Shown: piece after piece, positions 10,719-18,939 of the stretch
Layout of the letters: every line of letters begins with the position of its first letter
Numbering within the stretch: the first letter of the stretch is position 1
NCBI GenBank assembly: GCA_963712745.1
Contig: CAVQJC010000002.1
Location: 32,001 to 96,000, forward strand
Direction: 5' to 3'
From: an uncultured Chloroflexia bacterium
GTDB taxonomy: Bacteria > Chloroflexota > Limnocylindria > Limnocylindrales > CSP1-4
Length of the DNA: 64,000 nucleotides
The notes under the pieces: generated by a model
Seen by the model: the letters and a program-made list of their open reading frames with translations, nothing else
Told to the model about the DNA's origin: nothing
The model's database searches: none
Position numbers and translations under genes: made by a program

Positions 10719-11708
10719 GTGAACAGACAGCGACCCAGCATCACGGCTGACCCGCGACGACCCCTAGCCGCGCGTGCTCGCCCCAAGGCAGGGCTCCTTT
10801 CGCTGGCGCTGGTGATGACGTGGGTCGCCCTGATCGGTGCGCCCCCGTCCCACGCGAGCGCGTCCGGGGAGGCGGAGGCCGCTCTCCTGGACGGCTGGTT
10901 GGCCCAGACGACGGCGGCGTCGATGGCGACCACGCCCGCGCCGCCAGCCCCGCTCGTTGGCGACGACCCGCAGGCGGGACTCGAAGTGGGCCCGGCGATC
11001 GAGACGATCCGTCTCAGGCCCGCGCCCAAGCCAGGTCCGTTCTCGATGGATCTCTATGCCGAGGGCGATTTCGTCCCTCAGCAGACGAAGTACTGGTGCA
11101 TCGCGGCGGCGACACAGACGATGATCAACATCATCGAGGACGACGCGCCGAACCGCTCGAAGGCATTCCAGAAGCGCCTTCACCTCGAGGCGCGGCGCCT
11201 TGACGAGCGGTGGGATCCGTTCTGGGAGCGGGTGGCCGGCGAGGCTCGATGGGACAAGGGCCTCCATGGGCTCGGGCTCCGCGATTGGGCAGGGATCCTG
11301 ACCGCGCGAGGCTACGGACCGTACAAGGTGGAACGCGCAAAGACACGCAAGCAGGCCATCCGCATGGCGGCGAAGGCCATCCGCCTTACCGGTCGGCCGG
11401 CCGGCCTCGTCGTGTGGCGAGGGGCGCACGCCTGGGTCATGTCGGGCTTCACCTCCACGGCAGATCCCGCGTACAGCAAGGACTTCAAGGTCAAGAAGGT
11501 CTTCATCGAGGACCCGTGGTATCCATCGGTGAGCTCGAACTGGGGCGCCTCGCGGCCGCCGAACAGCGCGGTACCGGCACGGGCGCTGAGCGAGGACTAC
11601 CTGCCCTACAACCGGCCGCTGCGGAAGCACCCCTTGCGCGACGGCAAGTACATGCTCATCCTGCCCACGCTTCCGGCCGGCACCGAGGTGGAGACCGCCT
11701 GGAGCTAG
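10719..11708 (+). CDS. Exported protein with a C39-like (papain-fold) peptidase domain
   Basis: N-terminal hydrophobic segment and Pro/Ala linker, then Q..YWC, GAHAWVMSG and EDPW, consistent with a Cys-His-Asp triad. Confidence 0.65.
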   Translation: MNRQRPSITADPRRPLAARARPKAGLLSLALVMTWVALIGAPPSHASASGEAEAALLDGWLAQTTAASMATTPAPPAPLVGDDPQAGLEVGPAIETIRLRPAPKPGPFSMDLYAEGDFVPQQTKYWCIAAATQTMINIIEDDAPNRSKAFQKRLHLEARRLDERWDPFWERVAGEARWDKGLHGLGLRDWAGILTARGYGPYKVERAKTRKQAIRMAAKAIRLTGRPAGLVVWRGAHAWVMSGFTSTADPAYSKDFKVKKVFIEDPWYPSVSSNWGASRPPNSAVPARALSEDYLPYNRPLRKHPLRDGKYMLILPTLPAGTEVETAWS

Positions 11709-11772
11709 CAGCGAAGACCGCCTGGAGTCAGCGGTCAGGCCGGCTCGTCAGCGCCGCTCGGCGGGGCGGCTC

Positions 11773-11978
11773 TCAGACGCGATCACGGGAGCAGTACAGG
11801 TAGCGCTGCTCGATACCACCCGGCGTCACATGCCGCCCACGTCCACGACATTGCGTGCTCCCAAGGCCAGCGCACCCAGGACGAGACGCAAAGACAGCTC
11901 GGGAGTGGGCTCGAACCAGCCCACGCGAGTGGCATCCCGCGTCTCGTAGATGTGCTGCCAGTGTTCACGCTGTTCCAC
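11773..11978 (-). pseudogene. Internally deleted class I SAM-dependent methyltransferase remnant
   Basis: GTG at 11978 gives VEQREHWQHIYETRDATRVGWFEPTPELSLRLV...NVVDVGG, then a stop. The family C-terminus HVTPGGIEQRYLYC follows directly in another frame. Confidence 0.7.
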
Positions 11979-12116
11979 GCACAGAGGATACCCAGACGGG
12001 GCGGGGCGACGGCCGGCCCGGCCGGTGTCGCTTCGGGGCGCAGAGTCCGAATGGCCGCCGTCACAGGACGGGCGGGAGTGACAGCTACGAGGCGGGCCGC
12101 ACAGCCTCGTGCCCCG

Positions 12117-12205
12117 TCAGTCGTACGCACCGTGCTCCCGGACGGTCTGCCACATGGCCAACATGCTCTCGACGGATACGCCCCACCTGATGGTGCGGGC
12201 CGGAG
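12117..12205 (-). pseudogene. C-terminal remnant of a URO-D-like gene
   Basis: APARTIRWGVSVESMLAMWQTVREHGAYD* resembles the end of the 6063-7199 protein (AAGHNIQADVPPENILALFDAAQEFGTY*). Confidence 0.5.
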
Positions 12206-12270
12206 CGGCCCGGGCGTCATCCCACTTCGTTAACCCGCCTGCGCATGGAATAGGACGGCGTGTCGTTCGG

Positions 12271-13368
12271 TCAGCGCACGACCCGGGCGCCCTTGGCGTG
12301 GACAGCCCTGAGTACCTCGTCCCTGGTCATCATCGAAGTGTCTCCAGGCGTGGTCATCGTGAGGGCGCCGTGTGCAGCACCGATCTCGACCGCCTCGCCC
12401 GCATCGCGGCCATCGAGGAAGCTCCAGGCCAGGCCGGTGGCGAAACCGTCACCACCTCCGACGCGGTCGTAGATGTCGAGAGCCTCGCGCATGCGCGCCT
12501 CACAGAAGACGCCGTCCGCGTAGAGCACCGCGCCCCAGTCGTTGACGCTCGCGGTCTTGGCGTTGCGCAGGGTCGTGGCCACGACCTTGAAGTTGGGGAA
12601 GGCCTCCACGACCTGGCCGATCATGGCCTTGAAGTTGGCCGGGTCGATCTTGGAGATCTCGTGGTCCAGATCCGGGACCTCGAAGCCGAGCGCGGAGGTG
12701 AAGTCCTCCTCGTTGCCGATCATCACGTCGACGTACCTGGCCAGCTCGCGGTTGACCTCCACCGCGCGTTCCTTCCCGCCGCGCGGCTTCCACAGCGAGG
12801 GGCGGTAGTTGAGGTCGTAGGAGACGACGGTTCCCGACGCCTTGGCCGCCTGCATGGCCTCGAGTGCGACCTGGGCCGTGGACTCCGAGAGCGCGGCGAA
12901 GATCCCGCCGGTGTGCATCCAGCGCACGCCGTCCTCCTCGAAGATCCGGCGCCAGTCGATATCGCCAGGCTTGAGCTGCGACACCGCAGTATGGGCTCGA
13001 TCCGAAACGCCCAGTGCCGGGCGGATGCCGAAACCCTTCTCGACGAAGTTGAGGCCCACGCGGGCCTCGAGGCCGATGCCGTCATGCGGCACCCATCTCA
13101 CGTAACGAAGGTCGACCCCCCCGGTGAGCATGCAGTCCTCGACGAGGTGTCCGATCTCGTTGTCGACCAGGGCCGTGACGACCGCGGTACGCAGGCCGAA
13201 GACCTTGCGCAACGCACGCGTGACGTTGTACTCGCCGCCGCCCTCGCTGACCTTGAAGTGGCGGGTCGTGCGGACCCTCCCCCACTCGGGGTCGAAACGC
13301 AGCATCACCTCGCCGAGGCTGACGGCGTCCCAGCGGCAGGCGGACGCAGGCTTGATGTCGAGGGTCAT
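12271..13368 (-). CDS. kdgK: PfkB sugar kinase, 2-keto-3-deoxygluconate kinase-like
   Basis: GEVMLRFDP, GGGEYNV, SYDLNYRPSLW, GNEEDF, DRVGGGDGF; GGAGGA RBS. Confidence 0.88.
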   Translation of the reverse strand: MTLDIKPASACRWDAVSLGEVMLRFDPEWGRVRTTRHFKVSEGGGEYNVTRALRKVFGLRTAVVTALVDNEIGHLVEDCMLTGGVDLRYVRWVPHDGIGLEARVGLNFVEKGFGIRPALGVSDRAHTAVSQLKPGDIDWRRIFEEDGVRWMHTGGIFAALSESTAQVALEAMQAAKASGTVVSYDLNYRPSLWKPRGGKERAVEVNRELARYVDVMIGNEEDFTSALGFEVPDLDHEISKIDPANFKAMIGQVVEAFPNFKVVATTLRNAKTASVNDWGAVLYADGVFCEARMREALDIYDRVGGGDGFATGLAWSFLDGRDAGEAVEIGAAHGALTMTTPGDTSMMTRDEVLRAVHAKGARVVR

Positions 13369-13525
13369 GAACACTCCTCCGACCCGGACACGTCGGCCGC
13401 GGGGACGGCCTGGTGCGGGGTCTTCGCTCACTCCTTGTCGTTCCGCATGATGACCGCTCCAACCGTCGTCCGCGCTGAGAGTCGTGCGCAGGAGCGGGCC
13501 AGGCGGCACGTCCGGATGACGGCCC

Positions 13526-14248
13526 TCAGGCCTCCTTGCACGCGTCGAACTGCTCCCGGAGGCGGGAGAGCAGCATCTCGACCTCGTCCTCGTCGCACTC
13601 CATCGGCTCCAGAGGTGGCTCAGGCGTGTCGTCATCCTCCGGCGCGGAGTCCTTGGGGACGTCCCTTCCCTCCCGGGGCGGAACAGTCAGGACGATGAGG
13701 TCGGCCGTGCCCTTCTTCTCCCCGGTGTGCTCATCGTTGTACTGGACGATCGCGTCGACCACTCCGTCCACGTCGACCCAGCGCATCCTCCGGCACAGCG
13801 GGTCCATGACCCGGACCTCGCCGGCGTGTTCCCCCTCGCCCTCGCCGGCCACGATGCCGATCATGTGATAGGCGTTCTCCTTCTCGGTGAAGCCCGGCTG
13901 GCAGCTGTCCTTGTCGGGGTAGACCTCGAAGTCCGTCTCGGCCGCGTAGAGTCTGCCGCTCCGGGCCAGCAGTCGCTCCCTGAGGTCCGCCCTGGGGATG
14001 TCGCTCTTGAGCAGCGCGTGCTTCCACAGGCGCTTCGCCTGCAGCCCGCGCTGGATGTCCGCCAGACCGCCGGCCGTCTTCGGCGGCTTCACGGCCCATC
14101 TGCGGAACCGAGTCGGGGTCGGGCGCCGTTTGCTGCGCGTGGCGCCACGGGTCAGCCAGGCACCGACCGCGGCCCAGCAGTTCTGCCATTGGCTGTTGCT
14201 GCCGTCGACCTGGGTGACGTGCTTGGGGACGTAGGGGTTGTAGGCCAT
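13526..14248 (-). CDS. Hypothetical protein, possible C39-like cysteine peptidase with an acidic tail
   Basis: VTQ...NCWAA, YHMIGIV and VMDPL spacing; AGGAGG RBS; no signal peptide. Confidence 0.6.
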   Translation of the reverse strand: MAYNPYVPKHVTQVDGSNSQWQNCWAAVGAWLTRGATRSKRRPTPTRFRRWAVKPPKTAGGLADIQRGLQAKRLWKHALLKSDIPRADLRERLLARSGRLYAAETDFEVYPDKDSCQPGFTEKENAYHMIGIVAGEGEGEHAGEVRVMDPLCRRMRWVDVDGVVDAIVQYNDEHTGEKKGTADLIVLTVPPREGRDVPKDSAPEDDDTPEPPLEPMECDEDEVEMLLSRLREQFDACKEA

Positions 14249-14603
14249 GTCTTCCTCCTGCCAGTCCGCTAGGTCAGCCTACCGGGCCGCCGACGAGGGA
14301 ACCTGGCCCAAGCGGGGATGGGTCGCTCCGCCAAGGTCGACGTCCTGCGGCAAGTTGGGCATGAACGCCATCCGCGTGGCCTTCACCGCCCCCGATGGTC
14401 GCGTGGGTCATCGATACTGCCACGTGGCCACGCTGCAGCGCCTGCCGATCGATCTTGCGGGCCGGCAACGAGCGCGGGATCGGTGCCATCGTCGGGTTCG
14501 AGGGCGTGTATGTTCCGACTGGGGTCGGGGTGCCCAGCAGGCCCGACCGGTGACCCGCGAGGGCGACTGTATGGACTGCGAGTCAGGTCGGGGAGGTTGA
14601 CGC

Positions 14604-16515
14604 ATGGCTGAGTGGCAGCAGGTCCTGCCGGGTGTCCTGATGTGGCCCGACAGCTGCAATGTCTACGCCATCACCGGTCCCGACGGTGTCCTGATCATCG
14701 ATGCCGGAACCGGAGAATGGATCGACCACGTCGCCGAGCTGCCGGCCCGGCCAATAGCGATGGCCTGCACTCACTTCTTCCGAGACCATTGCGCAGGCGC
14801 GCCTCGTGCCGCCCGAGAGCTCGGGCTTCGCGTCCTCGTGCCGGAGCGCGAGGCGGAGCTCTTCAGCGACCCGCTCGAGCACTTTCGCGGACGCAAGACG
14901 TACCTCGTGTACGTCAACTACTGGGATCACTTCGCCCCCATCGAGCCGATCCCGGTCGCAGGGGTGCTGCGCGACTACGAACGCCTCGAGCTGGCCGGCC
15001 TGGAGATCGAGGTCATCCCGTTGCCCGGCGCCACCGTCAACCAGGTAGGTCTTGGGTTCAGCGTGCCGGGGACCTCGCTGCGAGCCGTCTGCTCGGGCGA
15101 GACCATCCACTCGCCCGGGCGCGTACCGCGCGTCGCGCCTCTCCAGTACAACTACGCCGACCTGCTGGGCGCCGTGGAGGTCTGGCACTCTGCCGCCGAG
15201 CTGCGCCGTCGCGATGTCGACGTCCTCCTCCCCAGCCTGGGTGAGCCGATGCTGGCAGACGCCGATTGGGCGCTGGACGCGCTGCAGCGACTCGATGGAA
15301 GCGCTGTGCGCGACCCGGCCGGTCGAGTCGGGGGAGCTCGAGGCGGCCCGGCAGGACGATGGGCGACCCCCGCTCACCCGGCTGAGCGAACGCGTCTGGC
15401 TTGCTCAGCACTCGGACAGTACGTGCACGTTCGTGGTCGGCCCATCTGGCTCAGCCCTCGCCCTGGACTATGGCTACCACGCCAAGCGATGGTGGTACGG
15501 ATACCCGTTCGACACGTATCGTTCCCGAGTCCTGGCCCACACGCTCGACGCGCTCAGGGATCAGGCCGGGGTCGAGCGCATCGATGTCGTGATCCCATCT
15601 CACTACCACGACGACCATGTCGCCGGGATCCCGTTCCTCCAGCGCACGCAGGGGACCGAATGCTGGGCGCACGAGGGGTTCGCCGATCTGTTGGAGTACC
15701 CCGACGCTCACCAGTTCCCGTGCGACAACCCCATCCCCACGCGCGTCGACCGGCGCCTGCGCGACGGCGAGGCCATCTCGTGGGAGGGGGTCGAGTTTCG
15801 ACTCGAGCTTGCCAGCGGACACACCCGCTTCCAGAACCTCATCGGTTTCGAGGTCGATGGCGTCCGCTACGCCCATAGCGGTGACCAGTACGGCTTCATC
15901 GCCAAGTCGTCTATGCAGAACCACGTTGTCGAGCCGGTCGGGGGCGATGCCATCGCGGACTGGGAGGCGGTCAGCCACCAGGAGAACCACGTCTACCGCG
16001 GGGGTGCGCACCTCGACTCCTTCGCGCGCAGCGGGGCGTGGCTCCAGGCGCAGCGACCCGACATCGTGCTCAGCGGCCATTGGCCTCCGTTCCGGACAAG
16101 CGAGACCTTCTTCGAGCTCATCGACGACCGAAACAGGACCTACCAGGACGCCCACCGGAGGGCCATGCCGCTGGCGGCCACGGACGCCCACTTCGACGTG
16201 GATTCCTGGGGCGGCTGGCTCTGGCCATACCGTCTCCATCTGGCAGACGGCGAGACCGCGACCGTGCGGGCGACCGTGCGCAACCCCCTGCCCCACGCAG
16301 CGACGCTCGAGGTCCGCCTGGTTGGTCCGGCCGGCTGGGTCGGCAGTGCAGCAACGCTCACGGCCCCAGCGCGAGCCGAGGTGGATTGCGAGCTCACGAT
16401 GACCACGGCTGGAGAGTGCCGGCGGAGGCCGATCGCGCTCGAACTGGTGGCTGACGGACAGCCCTTCGGGCAGGTCGCCGAGGCCCTCGTCACCGTCAGC
16501 GGCCCCGCCTGGTAG
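14604..16515 (+). pseudogene. Double MBL-fold metallo-hydrolase, frameshifted near 15290
   Basis: First domain has IIDAGTG and THFFRDH. After ...LDALQ the reading continues in the frame of ORF 15052-16515 (DSMEAL..., SHYHDDH, GHT, SGD, SGH). Confidence 0.8.
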
Positions 16516-16797
16516 CAGCAGGTCCGAGCCGTCGGGCGGAGCGGTTCGACGGCGCTGTTCGTCAGCTTGCCCGTCGGGGCCAGGGTCTGTCTGGTGGTGT
16601 CGGAAGCGTGGACGGCGACGTCCTGCTTCCGTGTCCTGCTCACCCTGCTCCCCTCCTCCGCTTGCGAGTCTGACTCGTGGCCGGCCAGGCCGGCGTGGCG
16701 TCGGTGTCTACCAGGCAGCCCAGCATGTCGGTCTGGGCGGTCCACCGCTACACCCGCGTCGGGTGCAGTCCCGACGGGTCGCCGCGGAGTCGATCTG

Positions 16798-17583
16798 CTA
16801 CACGCCCAGCAGCCTCTGGCCGAAGAGGGCCAGGATGAGCCCCAGGAGCACGTGCCCCGCGAAGTTGGCGATGAGGAACTCGCGAAAGCCCATGCCCATG
16901 CTGCCGGCTGTGATGGTCGCGAAGGTCGTGAGCGGGTTGGGAAAGGTCGAGAGCGTGAAGATGGTGGGGATACCGTGGCGGTCGACGAAGTCCGCGGTCA
17001 CCTCCATGGACTTGCGCATGGTTTGGGCGAGTCGTCCCTCCCGGGGCTTCTTCCCCTTCTTCGCCGGGTCCTGCAGATGGCGCGATCCGCTGGCGGCCGT
17101 GAGGTAGAACGAAGTCTGTCCCAGAGCCATGGCGAAGCCGGCCACCAACCCGACGAGGATCGTGGATCCATACGCACCCTGGTAGGCGGCCATGGCCATG
17201 CCTACCAGGCGCAAGCCCGGGATGGGCACCAGGATGCCGCCGTTGCCGATCCAGTTGGCGAGGAAGAGCCCGATCCAGGCCGCCCACGGGATGTCCAGAC
17301 CCAGGCGTTTCGCAAGGCCCGCTGCGATAAGCGTGCCCCCGAGGGCCGCGCCGAACCCAACGACGACACCCAGGCGTCGCCGGGCCTTCGGCGAGAACCG
17401 CTGGTCCAACCACGCATGCAAGCGCAGGAAGTGCCGGGGTGCCTGACCCCGCGGGTCGGTCGGGTCTGGTGGTTGCTGGCCATCTGGATCGGTCGAGACG
17501 GGCCCATCCGCGTCGACGGGCACCGACGGAGTCGACCCGCTGGGTGGATCGGCCGTCTTCTGGTCGTCAGCCTCGTCGGTCAC
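16798..17583 (-). CDS. VTT/SNARE-associated (DedA-like) membrane protein
   Basis: ILVPIPG, ALGQTSFYL, PNPLTTFATITAGSMGMGFREF. The GTG start at 17583 is inferred. Confidence 0.7.
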   Translation of the reverse strand: MTDEADDQKTADPPSGSTPSVPVDADGPVSTDPDGQQPPDPTDPRGQAPRHFLRLHAWLDQRFSPKARRRLGVVVGFGAALGGTLIAAGLAKRLGLDIPWAAWIGLFLANWIGNGGILVPIPGLRLVGMAMAAYQGAYGSTILVGLVAGFAMALGQTSFYLTAASGSRHLQDPAKKGKKPREGRLAQTMRKSMEVTADFVDRHGIPTIFTLSTFPNPLTTFATITAGSMGMGFREFLIANFAGHVLLGLILALFGQRLLGV

Positions 17584-17733
17584 CTCGTCAAGGTACTCCT
17601 GTGCCAGGGGCAGGAGTTGCCCACGTCGGCAGACTCCAGCGCTGCGCCCGATATCGCTGCCACACGCCTGCCCGGGAACCGCGGCAACATGCAAGCGAAC
17701 GCCAGCCCCAGCGGCATCGTTGAAGTCCGCCCG

Positions 17734-18642
17734 CTACGAAGCGCCGCCGGCATCGGAGGTCTGAGGCGCTGGTGCAGGGTCCGCGACAGAGGCGCCCCCG
17801 ACGGCGGCCACGCGCTTGCCCAGCTCGGCGGCAAGGATGATGAGCACGATGGGGATGATCAGCGCGCCGACCAGCGTGAGCACGATGACGTTGCCACCGA
17901 GGGAGGTGGCCACCACGATGGCGGCGCTGATGTTGCGCTGTGCCGTGGCGAAGCCGAGCACGGTCTTGTCGCTCTTGGAGCGCCCGACGCCGGCGAGATA
18001 GCCCGTGGCCAGCCCGGCGACGAGGACGATGACGGTCCCGATGAAGATCCAGCTGCCGATGGCGCCGACGATGTCCCGCCAGCTGACGAACAGGGCGGCC
18101 CCGATGCCGAACAGCAAGGCCACGCTGGAGATCTGCCCGACGGGCCCGACCCAGCCATCAGCAAGGTCAGCGTAACGAGCCTTGATGATCAGGCCGATGC
18201 CGAGCGGGACGAGCATGAACAGGATGAGCGAGCTCGCGATGTCCCAGGGGTCGATCTCGGCGCCCTCGACGACGAGGGGCACGACGATGGGGGCGTAGAT
18301 GACGGTCGCGACCATGAGCAGGACCATGGCGCCGACCGAGAGGGCCGGGCTGCCTTTCGCCAGCAAGGCCAGCTTGGGCAGGAAGGGTGCACCAGCGCAG
18401 CAGCCGATGATGATGACCGCGGTCGCAGAGTCGTCGCCCATCGGGAGCAGGTTCGCGGCGGCGATGGCCACGATAGGCACCACCACGAAGTTGACCGCCA
18501 GCAGGAGCAGCAGCATGCGCACATCGCGCAGCGGCTCCACGATCTGCTTGACGGTCAGGCCCAGGCCCATCGCGGCCATGCTGGCCACGATGAAGACGAG
18601 CATGCCCACCTGGGTGATGGTCAACAAGACATCGCTGATCAT
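17734..18642 (-). CDS. Bile acid:sodium symporter family transporter
   Basis: MAAMGLGLT, NFVVVP, CAGAPFLPKLA, QRNISAA; about 9-10 TM helices. Confidence 0.9.
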   Translation of the reverse strand: MISDVLLTITQVGMLVFIVASMAAMGLGLTVKQIVEPLRDVRMLLLLLAVNFVVVPIVAIAAANLLPMGDDSATAVIIIGCCAGAPFLPKLALLAKGSPALSVGAMVLLMVATVIYAPIVVPLVVEGAEIDPWDIASSLILFMLVPLGIGLIIKARYADLADGWVGPVGQISSVALLFGIGAALFVSWRDIVGAIGSWIFIGTVIVLVAGLATGYLAGVGRSKSDKTVLGFATAQRNISAAIVVATSLGGNVIVLTLVGALIIPIVLIILAAELGKRVAAVGGASVADPAPAPQTSDAGGAS

Positions 18643-18679
18643 CTGGCTTCCTCCTCGTTCGATACTGACGGGTCTGGCC

Positions 18680-18870
18680 CGGAAACGGCCGGGTCAGGGG
18701 TCCACCCAGTCCGCCATGGGGCCGGGACAAGCTCCTCGCAGGCCGCGATCTCGCCGGTCTCCGGATCGAACTGGCTGACGACCGCTATATCGCCCACGTG
18801 CTCGATCTCATCCAGGCGTTGGATGGCGGCCACGTTGGCCACGGCACGGACCCAGGGGTACGGGAAGCCG
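18680..18870 (-). pseudogene. Decayed C-terminal fragment of a phage-holin/alkaline-phosphatase-superfamily protein
   Basis: AAIQRLDEIEHVGDIAVVSQFDPETGEIAACEELV, followed in a shifted frame by PHGGLGGPLTRPF. Confidence 0.6.
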
Positions 18871-18939
18871 TGGGAGCCTGCGTCGCCGCCAGACGAGGGC
18901 GCCGCAGCTCGCGTCGCGGACTGGTCGGGTGGACGTTGC

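Noticed and set aside
14280-14480. Possible glycoside hydrolase remnant (KLGMNAIRVAF)
   Set aside because: Too short and needs a frameshift; cannot be supported without a search.
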